From assembly GCA_964612345.1 (NCBI GenBank), contig CAZTEH010000004.1, forward strand, positions 18,265 through 82,264: a DNA stretch of 64,000 nt. Direction: 5' to 3'. The notes under the pieces were generated by a model, which made no database searches, had not been told where the DNA came from, and saw only the letters and a program-made list of their open reading frames with translations. A program made the position numbers and the translations under genes. Positions 9,227 through 18,015 of this stretch are shown here, in pieces. The stretch is from an uncultured Oscillospiraceae bacterium (GTDB taxonomy: Bacteria > Bacillota > Clostridia > Peptostreptococcales > Anaerovoracaceae). The number at the start of each line of letters is the position of its first letter. Positions within the stretch are counted from its first letter, which is position 1.

Positions 9227-9255
9227 TTGACTGGTATCCGGGCAAAAGGTATAAT
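9227..9255 (+). promoter_or_regulatory. Proximal promoter P2 of the S-layer gene (near-consensus)
   Basis: TTGACT (9227-9232), 17-nt spacer, TATAAT (9250-9255). It would give a 5' UTR of about 140 nt. Confidence 0.55.
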
Positions 9256-9317
9256 TCAATGTGATAGAATATGCGGTGGATAAACGAACTGCATTTCTAT
9301 AGAAAATGTCAAATTAT

Positions 9318-9374
9318 CTTCTGAAGGGGAGGGTAATTTGAGCTAAACAACAAAAATAAGCTCCCCTTCGGAAG
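9318..9374 (+). promoter_or_regulatory. 5' UTR stem-loop just upstream of the S-layer gene RBS
   Basis: CTTCTGAAGGGGAG (9318-9331) pairs with CTCCCCTTCGGAAG (9361-9374): 14 bp with one G-U pair and a 29-nt loop. It ends about 15 nt before the AAAGGAGG RBS. Confidence 0.5.
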
Positions 9375-9402
9375 AAAAATACCTTAAAGGAGGAATTTTT
9401 TA

Positions 9403-11802
9403 ATGAGAAAAGTATTATCATTCGTATTAGTATTATCACTAGTACTAGGTAGTTTCTCAATGGCATTCGCTGCTACTCCAGCTTCAACTGGTCTTAGCGA
9501 TATCGATGGCATTGATAATGAAGCTGCTATCCAGGTTTCCTACGATCTTGGAATCGTAACAGGTAACCCAGATGGAACATTCTTACCTACAAAAGCTGTA
9601 ACCAGAGCAGAATTCGCTGCTATGATTACAAGAGCTCTTGCTATTCCTGATAGTGCACTTGCTGGTTACACTTCAACTAGCTTCAAAGACACTACTGGAT
9701 ATGGCTGGGCTGTTCCTTACCTTGCATTCTGCCAGTCCAAGGGCATCTTACTTGGTGACGGTGCTGGAAATGTAATGCCTGGAAGAACAATCAATACAAA
9801 CGAAGCAGTAACAATGGTTCTCAGAGCTATCGGTTACACTTCAAATTCATCCGTTCTCGTAGGTTTATGGCCTGCAAACTATGTGTCTCTTGCACAGGAT
9901 TTGGATCTGTATAGCGACGTTGCTTCCGTAGCAAACGTTGACAAGGCAAACGCTGCTCAGATTCTTTACAATGCATTGACTTTAACTAAAGTACAGGTAG
10001 CTACAGATGGAACTACTACAAACTTAGCTACTTCCATGCTGACTTCTGGATTAGATTGCACTTCAACTAACAGAATCGTAAACGATGGCGATTCCAGTAT
10101 TATCAATATCGCTCCGTATGTTGGTGCTTATGCAACAGTTTATACAAATGACGATGGCGATGTAGTAGCAGTAAAAGAAAAGTCCACGTTCTTAACAGGT
10201 AAATGGAATGCTGCTAAGACAAAGTTTACTGCTAATGATGTAGACTATACTATGGCTACAACTCAGACAGTAACAACTGTAGCTGGTCTTGTAAACAATG
10301 CAGTAGTAACTGCATCTGCTGGTGCTGTAACTAATTTTGCTGCAAGCACTACTTTCACAATCGCAGCTGACCTTTCTGGAAAGACAATCAACGGTGTTTA
10401 CACTGTAAACCAGTGGAAAGTAACTGCGGCTGAAAAAGCGGATTCTGCTATTCAACAGGAAATCGCTGACAACAAGCTTTTAAACTTTGACTTTGCAGAA
10501 AATGATGACGAAGATATCGATGTAAATTCATTTGCATTAGTTGGCGTTGCTAGCTTAGACAAGATTGCTAAAGATAACGTAGTTTATGTTTATACTTTAG
10601 GAAACGGTGCTTCTGCTGATATCGTTAAGGTTGCTGTTGGAACTGAAACCGTTGAAGGTATCGTTCAGGCATTCAACGTTTCTGACGATGAAGCAAAGGT
10701 CAATGGCAAGTATTATGCAAACTCTGGTCAAGGCACTGACTTAGGTACTGGAAATGTATCTGACACAGTTAAAGTATGGCTTGACGCTAGCGGCGATGTT
10801 TATGACTTCGACGTAACAGAAGGAAATGCTGACAACTATGCTGTAGTAACAGGAACAAAGAGTGCTCTTGGCTATGACAATATCATTAAATTACTCGACA
10901 AAGAGGGAGCTGAAAAGACTTATACTTTAGACAGTGATCTCACAGTTAACCCTGCAAAGGGCCAGATCGTAGTATTCGGTCTTGACAGTGATGGTATTGT
11001 TGATTCTATGGATGTTACAACCGCTGCTGTTGTAAATGGACAGACGATTTCTGCCAACGTCAAAGTTGAAACTTCAAATGTATTAACTTTTGGTGGCAAA
11101 TCATACAGAATTTCTAGCGACGTTGTTGTATTCACTTATGAAGGAGCTGCTCCTGCAACGGCTACAGACTTTGACATGAGTGCAATCGCGGATGTTGATG
11201 ATACTACAATCGTTTCAACTTCAGCTATATACTTTGATGAAGATGGCGTTGTTGCTGCTATCTTAGTTCCTGCTGATTCCGCTGACAGCTCAGCAAATGA
11301 CATCTATGGTGTTGTAAACGGCAAAGAACTGACAGTAAATGCTGACAATGATAAGGTATACCAGTTAACAGGATTTGCTAACGGTGCAGCTTTAGATAAG
11401 CTGACTTCATCCGAAGCAAAAGCTGCTCCAGTATTATTAGACACCAAGATTCGTGTATATAAATTTGGAGTAGACGCTGATGGAGCTATCAACGAAGTAA
11501 TTCTGCAGAACATTATCGGCCAAAGTGGAACAGGTGCTCTTACTAGTGGATCTGCACTTGCAAGCGGTAGCGGAATCGTTGTAACGAACTCAGGTACTGG
11601 ATATATCTCAGGTAATGCTACAATCGGAGCAATCGCTCTTGCTGATGATGTTAAATATTATCAGGTAACTTTCAATGATGACGGAACTGTAGACGAATAC
11701 TCCGTATTCTCCGGAACTGTACGAGAAGGTTATAAAGTTTGGATGGTTGACACAGACACAACTGATGCTCCAGGATACGAAGTAGTAGTTGTTCTTAAAT
11801 AA
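9403..11802 (+). CDS. Probable major S-layer protein (N-terminal SLH anchor, 799 aa)
   Basis: Strong AAAGGAGG RBS and signal peptide MRKVLSFVLVLSLVLGSFSMAFA. SLH repeats: VTGNPDGTFLPTKAVTRAEFAAM, FKDTTGYGWAVPYL, VGLWPANYVSLA. The body is acidic, Cys-poor and rich in Thr/Ala/Val/Asp. Codon usage differs from the neighbours (GCT/GTA/ACT/GGT/AAC-rich). Flanked by tandem promoters and a strong terminator. Confidence 0.85.
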   Translation: MRKVLSFVLVLSLVLGSFSMAFAATPASTGLSDIDGIDNEAAIQVSYDLGIVTGNPDGTFLPTKAVTRAEFAAMITRALAIPDSALAGYTSTSFKDTTGYGWAVPYLAFCQSKGILLGDGAGNVMPGRTINTNEAVTMVLRAIGYTSNSSVLVGLWPANYVSLAQDLDLYSDVASVANVDKANAAQILYNALTLTKVQVATDGTTTNLATSMLTSGLDCTSTNRIVNDGDSSIINIAPYVGAYATVYTNDDGDVVAVKEKSTFLTGKWNAAKTKFTANDVDYTMATTQTVTTVAGLVNNAVVTASAGAVTNFAASTTFTIAADLSGKTINGVYTVNQWKVTAAEKADSAIQQEIADNKLLNFDFAENDDEDIDVNSFALVGVASLDKIAKDNVVYVYTLGNGASADIVKVAVGTETVEGIVQAFNVSDDEAKVNGKYYANSGQGTDLGTGNVSDTVKVWLDASGDVYDFDVTEGNADNYAVVTGTKSALGYDNIIKLLDKEGAEKTYTLDSDLTVNPAKGQIVVFGLDSDGIVDSMDVTTAAVVNGQTISANVKVETSNVLTFGGKSYRISSDVVVFTYEGAAPATATDFDMSAIADVDDTTIVSTSAIYFDEDGVVAAILVPADSADSSANDIYGVVNGKELTVNADNDKVYQLTGFANGAALDKLTSSEAKAAPVLLDTKIRVYKFGVDADGAINEVILQNIIGQSGTGALTSGSALASGSGIVVTNSGTGYISGNATIGAIALADDVKYYQVTFNDDGTVDEYSVFSGTVREGYKVWMVDTDTTDAPGYEVVVVLK

Positions 11803-11858
11803 GAATGATTTCTAAATCGAACATCTAGGCAATTTAAACCAAATAAAGTATAACTTTT

Positions 11859-11890
11859 CGAAGGACAGAGAAATCTGTCCTTCGTTTTTT
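11859..11890 (+). terminator. Strong intrinsic terminator of the S-layer gene
   Basis: CGAAGGACAG (11859-11868), 6-nt loop, CTGTCCTTCG (11875-11884), then TTTTTT. Confidence 0.8.
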
Positions 11891-12054
11891 CGATTCAATG
11901 TCAATTGTTGGGGTTGATCCATAAGCGTCAAATCCTGCGCGCGTATGCAATCTGAACAGAATATGAGATAATGCTTCCGGAATTAATAAAATGAAGGAAG
12001 CATTGATGTCAAAAGCAACAGAAGGACAGAGGTAGCTATGGAGGTTAAGAATTC

Positions 12055-12300
12055 ATGATTTTGAGGACTGTGGAATGTGTTTATCCGAATGGTGCAGAGA
12101 AAAAAACATTCGATGGGATACTGGAAGTGGAAACTCAAGAAAGAGGAATCAGTGGCAGATACCCCATGCTGGTTAAAAATCGACAAGTCTCAAAGCCCAT
12201 CTCCGGTATCGAGACTGCAGATCCCTGTTGAGTCGGTGTCGGCTACGGGCACCGGCGTTATTGCTTTGAAATATGCCGGGCAGGATCTGGGTCTATCTCT
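12055..12300 (+). pseudogene. IS66 orf1 (TnpA-like) remnant, frameshifted
   Basis: Fragments ...SEWCREKNI... and ...SMGYWKWKLKKEE... lie in two frames. They resemble the HTH region of IS66 accessory protein A (WC.e.gIs...yY.W..Klr). Confidence 0.4.
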
Positions 12301-12311
12301 GTTATGAGAAG

Positions 12312-12500
12312 GTGGATTTCCGAAAAAATATCAACGGACTCGAGCAATAGTTCGGGGAAGTTTTCATCAAGACCAATTCGAAGGATCGTTCTTTGCGTTA
12401 TTCAGTAAATCCAGAAATGCAATAAAGGTACTCCAATGGGATATAAGCGGAATAGCACTCTATCATAGACGCGGGAAGGATGCCAGACGAGCCAAGTGCT
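12312..12500 (+). pseudogene. IS66 orf2 (TnpB-like) remnant, frameshifted
   Basis: VDFRKNINGLE, then a frame switch to AIVRGSFHQDQFEGSFFALFSKSRNAIKVLQWDISGIALYHRR. This matches the conserved IS66 TnpB core (DMRKSINGLAaIV...F..DPFsG.LFvFcNrrRdkiKiL.WD..Gf.LyyKRLE). Confidence 0.7.
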
Positions 12501-12519
12501 TTGGCCCATCCAACAAGCA

Positions 12520-12900
12520 GACGAATTTTGATCAACTGAGCTTCTTCAATGAAGCTGAGGCTGAAGTATATGATAAGATGTTGAACGAATCTTTCCTTTC
12601 TAATGTGAAACCTTTCAAGAAACATAAAAAGGAAAGGGTATAAAGATAAAATCACATGGCCACTCCCTATAACGATCATCGGTATATAGGAGAAGACACG
12701 GATAGCCGCAAGTGCGGAGCAACACCTCAGGAAATGTAGGCCGAAATCCGAAGAGAACCTCACGGTTATCCCGGCACAGGTACAAGAGACAGAACACGTA
12801 CAGTACGTTTGTGTCTGCAGAAGCTGCGACCGGGAAGTTACAGTGATACCATATATCATGATCAGGGAGGTAAGCATCAAATCATACGCATTGACTAAAA
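12520..12900 (+). pseudogene. IS66 transposase (TnpC) N-terminal fragment with in-frame stops, C-terminal about 350 aa missing
   Basis: NFDQLSFFNEAEAEV...KPFKKHKKERV, then ...SEENLTVIPAQVQETEHVQYVCVCRSCDRE. This matches the QLSLFnEAE and zinc-finger (E.l..iPA.v.V..Hvr.kY.Cr.CEre) regions of IS66 transposases. Confidence 0.7.
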
Positions 12901-13141
12901 CGTAATAAAGAAAAGCACGCCAACATCGAAATTGAAATGCTTGTCAATCTTAACATTGACAGTTATATAAGTTGGCGCTAATTAGCACCAATTCAATTAA
13001 AAACCTGAGTTTGGAAGTTGATTCAAATCTTTTACATTGCAAGGTGCTCATGTACTTGCCTCGACTTTTTCTCATATCTTAGCACAATTGAAAGAAGTCC
13101 TAAACTCTCAAAGAGTTAGCTAGTTTCACACATTACGTAAA

Positions 13142-14035
13142 TTATATATCCATAAACTTTGTCGCAACAATTGCATTTTGCGGTAATAAACAAGGTATAT
13201 TATCAATTATCGGATAAGCTAACAAACTATCCTCTGAAAAATAAGCATTCTTACTTTTAATAAAATTTGTTTTTGTAATAGGACAACATAATGGATCAAT
13301 TATATCTTCATTTAATTCTTTTTTAATTATCATTATGCCAGTAGGATTCAATGGGTTAGAGCATAAATCAAAAAGCCGATATTCTATAATATTAAATCCA
13401 AGATTGACTGCTGTATCATGTAAATTAGTGACATATCCATGATGTAGCATTCTTTGCCTTGCTTGCTCATTTGATAGTTCATATAAGGGCTCTAATAATA
13501 TTAAATACTTATTAGTTATTCGATACAGCTCAATTAGGGCGTCTTTTTCCCTTCCTCCGTTAGGCTCAATAGAGTGAGAGGTGTAAACAATATCAATTGA
13601 ATTGTCTTTGAATGGAGAACAAAACAAATCTCCAACTAACAAATCAATATTATGTGCATTTAATTCATTCATAAATTTTGTGGCATATTTTACTCTTGAC
13701 CATGATATATCAAATCCATAGCTTTTTAAAGGTTTGTCTTTCAAAAAAGAAATCATTGGAATTAAAGTTGTGCCTTCACCAACCCCTACCTCTAGCAGGG
13801 TTTGATACTTGCACAAATTATTGATTATTTTAGAAATATGTTCTGCATATTTATTTTTAAATTCCTTATTTTGATTATAGTCTTTAATATAAGTGCCTGC
13901 TTGAAAGTCATAACTTATCATAATGTCTTCTATTGAATTTTGTTTACATCCATCCATTTCATTTAAAAATCTAGTGATATTAACATTTTCTGAATATAAT
14001 TGCTTTATTCTATTCAATATTTTTAATTTATCCAT
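13142..14035 (-). CDS. Class I SAM-dependent methyltransferase fused to a C-terminal Trm112-like zinc-ribbon-type tail
   Basis: 297-aa ORF with SAM motif I LLEVGVGEGT. The tail IIDPLCCPITKTNFIKSKNAYFSEDSLLAYPIIDNIPCLLPQNA resembles Trm112/UPF0434 (CP.c...l......C.....YPi.dgIP.lL...A). It is divergent from the glycan operon. Confidence 0.75.
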   Translation of the reverse strand: MDKLKILNRIKQLYSENVNITRFLNEMDGCKQNSIEDIMISYDFQAGTYIKDYNQNKEFKNKYAEHISKIINNLCKYQTLLEVGVGEGTTLIPMISFLKDKPLKSYGFDISWSRVKYATKFMNELNAHNIDLLVGDLFCSPFKDNSIDIVYTSHSIEPNGGREKDALIELYRITNKYLILLEPLYELSNEQARQRMLHHGYVTNLHDTAVNLGFNIIEYRLFDLCSNPLNPTGIMIIKKELNEDIIDPLCCPITKTNFIKSKNAYFSEDSLLAYPIIDNIPCLLPQNAIVATKFMDI

Positions 14036-14166
14036 ATGTGTACTCCTTCATCTATAATATTTAAATAATATCATATATAATAATGAATGGATAATAAATC
14101 TTATAAGAAGTGTAATACTATTCGATTATAATAAGCTAAAGATTATTGTTTAAGATCACCTTTTTA

Positions 14167-14195
14167 TTGACAATGATAAGAAAGTAATATATTCT
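14167..14195 (+). promoter_or_regulatory. Candidate promoter of the 25-gene plus-strand glycan operon
   Basis: TTGACA (14167-14172), 17-nt spacer, TATTCT (14190-14195), about 60 nt upstream of the first gene. Confidence 0.4.
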
Positions 14196-14257
14196 AATGT
14201 TGTTCGGAAAATGAACGTTAAGTTTATGAACAATTGCTTTTAATGCGGAGAATAATA

Positions 14258-14758
14258 ATGACAGAAGAATTGGATATCCTAAGAATAGTAGTAGAGAATC
14301 CAAGTATATCCCAAAGAAAGATTGCAGAACAAACCGGCATATCTTTGGGACAAGTTAATTTTTTGATTAAAAAATGCGTTAAAAAGGGTTTGATTAAAAT
14401 AGAAGGACAAACATCTAAATCAATAAGATATAATCTTACGCCAAAAGGAATTGCTGAAAAGGCGTTGCTTACGCTTGAGTATGTTAAGATTTCATATGGA
14501 GCAGTAATCTCGTTAACTGATAAAATCAGAGCATTTGCAGAGCAGAATGAAAATAGCGGTAAACAAATATGTGTTTATGGACCACAGGATGAAATGATGG
14601 AGATTTGTAAATTAGCCCTTGGTGATCGAGCCACGTATTACCATAAATTTAGTGATATTAAATCAGTAAATTCTGATTTAATTTTATTTTACTGGGATGA
14701 CAGTATACAATTGATAAAAGATTTAAATGAAATAAAAGCAGTGAATATTTTATCATAA
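14258..14758 (+). CDS. Winged-helix (MarR/TrmB-like) transcriptional regulator, first gene of the glycan operon
   Basis: The track ORF starts at TTG 14234. ATG 14258 lies 7 nt after GGAG. HTH signature: ILRIVVENPSISQRKIAEQTGISLGQVNFLIKKCVKKGLIKIEGQ...YNLTPKGI. Confidence 0.7.
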   Translation: MTEELDILRIVVENPSISQRKIAEQTGISLGQVNFLIKKCVKKGLIKIEGQTSKSIRYNLTPKGIAEKALLTLEYVKISYGAVISLTDKIRAFAEQNENSGKQICVYGPQDEMMEICKLALGDRATYYHKFSDIKSVNSDLILFYWDDSIQLIKDLNEIKAVNILS

Positions 14759-14785
14759 GACATAAGTTCAAAAATGGAGGTAGTA

Positions 14786-15766
14786 ATGAATAAAGTCTTA
14801 GTTACAGGTGCAGATGGATTCATTGGAAGCCACCTGGTAGAACAATTAATAAAAGAAGGTAAAAGTGTGAAAGCATTTGTATATTATAATTCATTCAATT
14901 CATGGGGATGGCTTGATAACATTCCAAAAGATATTCTACGCGAGGTAGAAATCTTTTCTGGAGACATTCGCGACCCGAATGGTGTAAGAACTGCAATGAA
15001 AAATGTTAATGGCATATACCACTTGGCAGCATTAATTGCGATACCATTTAGTTATCATTCTCCTGATTCCTACGTTGATACCAATATTAAAGGCACGTTG
15101 AATGTGTTGCAGGCTGCAAGAGAATATGAAACAGAAAGAGTTCTGATTACATCAACATCAGAAGTATATGGAACAGCTAAGTATGTGCCGATCGACGAGA
15201 ATCATCCGTTTCAGGGCCAATCACCATATAGTGCGACCAAAATTGGAGCAGACAGACTGGCCGAGAGCTTCTATAAAAGCTTTAACATGCCTATTACTAT
15301 CGTTAGACCGTTCAATACGTTTGGCCCAAGGCAATCTGCTAGAGCTGTGATTCCAACAATTATTGCTCAACTGTTAACCGGAGACAATAATATTAAATTA
15401 GGAAGTATGTCGCCAACACGAGATTTTAACTATGTTAAGGATACGGTAGATGGATTTATTGAGATTGCAAAAAGTAATAATACAATTGGAGAAGAAATCA
15501 ATATAGCCACACAAAAGGAAATTTCAATTGGTGGATTGGCAAATATGATTATACAAAAAATAAATCCAAAGGCTCAAATTATTTGCGATGAAGAAAGGCT
15601 GAGACCTGAGAATAGCGAAGTAAACAGGCTGCTTGGGTCAAATAAAAAAATTAAGGAATTAACCAACTGGAATCCAAGGTATTCTTTTGAAGAAGGAATA
15701 GACGAAACGATAGAATGGATTAAAGACCATTTAGATAAATATAAAACGGATATATACAATATTTAA
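14786..15766 (+). CDS. legB: NAD-dependent NDP-HexNAc 4,6-dehydratase, LegB type (legionaminic acid pathway)
   Basis: MNKVLVTGADGFIGSHL Rossmann start, STSEVYG and YSATK catalytic motifs, ARPFNTFGPRQSARAVIPTII and LRPENSEV. From memory these align closely with Campylobacter Cj1319/LegB. The track start at 14774 is probably too early. Confidence 0.75.
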   Translation: MNKVLVTGADGFIGSHLVEQLIKEGKSVKAFVYYNSFNSWGWLDNIPKDILREVEIFSGDIRDPNGVRTAMKNVNGIYHLAALIAIPFSYHSPDSYVDTNIKGTLNVLQAAREYETERVLITSTSEVYGTAKYVPIDENHPFQGQSPYSATKIGADRLAESFYKSFNMPITIVRPFNTFGPRQSARAVIPTIIAQLLTGDNNIKLGSMSPTRDFNYVKDTVDGFIEIAKSNNTIGEEINIATQKEISIGGLANMIIQKINPKAQIICDEERLRPENSEVNRLLGSNKKIKELTNWNPRYSFEEGIDETIEWIKDHLDKYKTDIYNI

Positions 15767-15781
15767 CATGGAGTTAAAAAT

Positions 15782-16954
15782 ATGCAAATGTTTGTTCCAT
15801 TATCAGTACCGAATTTAAACGGTAACGAGAAACTATATATGAATGAAGCGATAGATACGGAATGGGTCTCTACTGCAGGACCTTTTGTTCAAAGATTCGA
15901 GAAAGAAATCGCTGAGTATGTAAATGTCAGCAATGCGGTGGCATGTCAAAGTGGTACTTCGGGATTGCATTTGGCATTACTAAATTTAGGGATAAACAAA
16001 AATCATGAAGTAATAGTGCCAACTTTGACTTTTATCGCAGCGATTAATCCTGTGAAGTACGTAGGTGCTGAACCAATCTTTATGGATTGTGATGATAGCT
16101 TGTGTATAGATCCCATTAAGATCCAGGAGTTTATTAATCAACAAGCTATTTTTGATGGAGATGTTCTAATAAACAAATCTACAAATAAAGTCATAAAAGC
16201 AATGATAGTCGTGCACGTGTTTGGTAATATGTGCGACATGGAAAAACTTTATGAGATATCACGAAAGTATAATATAAGCATAATAGAAGATGCTACGGAA
16301 GCATTGGGGACAAAGTATGTGAGTGGTAGTTTTCAGGGCGAATTTGCAGGAACAATAGGACATGCAGGTGTTTACTCATTTAATGGCAATAAGATTATAA
16401 CAACTGGCGGCGGTGGTATGGTAGTTTCAAAAAACAAAAGGGTCATAGATGATATAAGATATTTATCTACACAGGCGAAAAATGATGAAGTTTTCTTTAT
16501 ACATGATGAAATAGGTTATAATTATAGAATGACTAATATTCAAGCCGCTCTTGGTGTGGCACAATTAGAGCAATTGAATGATTTTATTAGAATAAAACAA
16601 GAAAATTACATCACATACCAAGATTGTCTTGATTCGATTAATTCTTTAAGACTATTAGGCTTTAGGGATGGAACTCATCCAAACTATTGGTTCTACTCGA
16701 TATTGATAGAGGATGAATGTAACATCACGAATCGTGAAATGATATCCAGATTGGCTGATTATAAGATACAAGCAAGACCTGTTTGGGGATTAATACATCA
16801 GCAAAGGCAATATTTAAATAGTCAAAAATATAAAATAGAGAAAGCCCAATATTATGGCACAAGGATTGTAAATGTACCCTGTAGTACAAACTTAACTAAG
16901 GAAGATATTAAATATATTTCTCAAGTAATTAAAACAATAGTGGAAAACAAATAA
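15782..16954 (+). CDS. legC: DegT/DnrJ/EryC1-family PLP aminotransferase, LegC type
   Basis: 390 aa with LSVPNLNGNEKLYMNEAIDTEWVST, FNGNKIITTGGGGMV (Schiff-base Lys region) and GYNYRMTNIQAALG. It sits directly after the LegB-type dehydratase. Confidence 0.75.
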   Translation: MQMFVPLSVPNLNGNEKLYMNEAIDTEWVSTAGPFVQRFEKEIAEYVNVSNAVACQSGTSGLHLALLNLGINKNHEVIVPTLTFIAAINPVKYVGAEPIFMDCDDSLCIDPIKIQEFINQQAIFDGDVLINKSTNKVIKAMIVVHVFGNMCDMEKLYEISRKYNISIIEDATEALGTKYVSGSFQGEFAGTIGHAGVYSFNGNKIITTGGGGMVVSKNKRVIDDIRYLSTQAKNDEVFFIHDEIGYNYRMTNIQAALGVAQLEQLNDFIRIKQENYITYQDCLDSINSLRLLGFRDGTHPNYWFYSILIEDECNITNREMISRLADYKIQARPVWGLIHQQRQYLNSQKYKIEKAQYYGTRIVNVPCSTNLTKEDIKYISQVIKTIVENK

Positions 16955-16964
16955 GGTAATTTGT

Positions 16965-18011
16965 ATGGATTTCAAGAAAATAATTGTAACAGAGAAATTA
17001 AAAATCAGAGATGCACTGGAACTTTTGAATACTACGGCGAAAAAAGTTTTATTTGTTGTTGATAAAGATAAACTTGTTGGAGCTATCAGCGACGGGGATA
17101 TTCGCAGATGGATTTTAAAAAATGGCGGCATAGACGAAAATGTTAGTAATGTGATGAACCCTAATCCAATAAAGATCTATAAAAAGGACAATCTCTTGGC
17201 AGGGAAATTAATGGAAAAACATGGAATTCTTTCCGTTCCAGTTGTTAACCAAGATGATGAAATTGTATGGATTTATTATTGGAATGATATAGCTGAAACG
17301 CAGGTCACACAAAAAATAATGCTGCCTGTTATTATTATGGCAGGGGGTAAAGGTGAAAGACTATTACCGTTTACTACAATTGTTCCGAAGCCGCTTATTC
17401 CAATAGGAGAAATCCCTATTGTTGAGAGAGTAATAAATAGCTTTAGGCAATATGGCTGCAATGATTTTACGCTTACGATAAATTATAAGAAAAATATGAT
17501 AAAAGCATATTTTGAAGAGATTGAAAAAGACTATGAATTAACATATGTTGAGGAGAATAAACCACTTGGTACTGGAGGAAGTTTATACCTTTTAAAAAAT
17601 AAAATAAATGATACTTTTATAGTAAGTAATTGTGATATTTTATTAGAAGTAGATTATGCAGAAGTATATGATTTCCATAAGAAACATAACAATTTAATTA
17701 CAGTAATAACTTCTTTAAGAAGATATGTGGTGCCTTATGGTGTGGTTGATATTAATGATGATGGAAGCATTAATAATATGATTGAAAAACCACAACTGGA
17801 TTATTTAGTTAATACAGGAGTATATTTTTTAGAACCGGAAGTCTTAGATTATTTGGTAGAAGATGAGTTTATACATATTACCGATCTAGTGGAAATATGT
17901 TTAAAGAATAATAAGCGAGTAGGTACTTATCCAATCAGTGGAGATGCATGGCTGGATATGGGCCAATTTGAAGATATGGAAATCATGAAAGAAAGATTAA
18001 AGAAGGTTTAA
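16965..18011 (+). CDS. ptmE: CBS-domain sugar-1-phosphate nucleotidyltransferase, PtmE type (GlcN-1-P guanylyltransferase-like)
   Basis: N-terminal CBS pair (LVGAISDGDIRRWIL, ILSVPVVNQDDEIV), then the NTP-transferase motif IIMAGGKGERLLPFT...PKPLIPIG and LGTGGSL. Campylobacter PtmE has the same architecture and feeds the GDP-linked legionaminic acid route. Confidence 0.7.
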   Translation: MDFKKIIVTEKLKIRDALELLNTTAKKVLFVVDKDKLVGAISDGDIRRWILKNGGIDENVSNVMNPNPIKIYKKDNLLAGKLMEKHGILSVPVVNQDDEIVWIYYWNDIAETQVTQKIMLPVIIMAGGKGERLLPFTTIVPKPLIPIGEIPIVERVINSFRQYGCNDFTLTINYKKNMIKAYFEEIEKDYELTYVEENKPLGTGGSLYLLKNKINDTFIVSNCDILLEVDYAEVYDFHKKHNNLITVITSLRRYVVPYGVVDINDDGSINNMIEKPQLDYLVNTGVYFLEPEVLDYLVEDEFIHITDLVEICLKNNKRVGTYPISGDAWLDMGQFEDMEIMKERLKKV

Positions 18012-18015
18012 CTAT

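Larger units (their letters stand above)
11921..12900 (+). mobile_element. Decayed and 3'-truncated IS66-family insertion sequence remnant
   Basis: Multi-frame reading gives fragments typical of the IS66 three-gene layout (see the pseudogene entries below). ATAAGCGTC at 11921 resembles the GTAAGCG-type IS66 terminal repeat. No right end and no catalytic transposase domain are present. Confidence 0.7.

Noticed and set aside
9013-9239. Possible invertible promoter: GGATACCA (9013-9020) and TGGTATCC (9232-9239) flank S-layer promoter P1
   Set aside because: Only 8 bp match perfectly. By my rough estimate about one such pair is expected by chance in a 400-bp region. No recombinase gene is nearby.
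12398-12880. 160-aa minus-strand ORF and nested 60-aa ORF
   Set aside because: They lie antisense to the IS66 remnant, whose plus-strand fragments carry recognisable transposase motifs. They are most likely not genes.
12972-12991. Near-perfect 20-bp palindrome TTGGCGCTAATTAGCACCAA
   Set aside because: It lies in the gap between the IS remnant and the 3' end of a gene, so it is not in a promoter context. It is a single copy with one mismatch, so no function can be argued.
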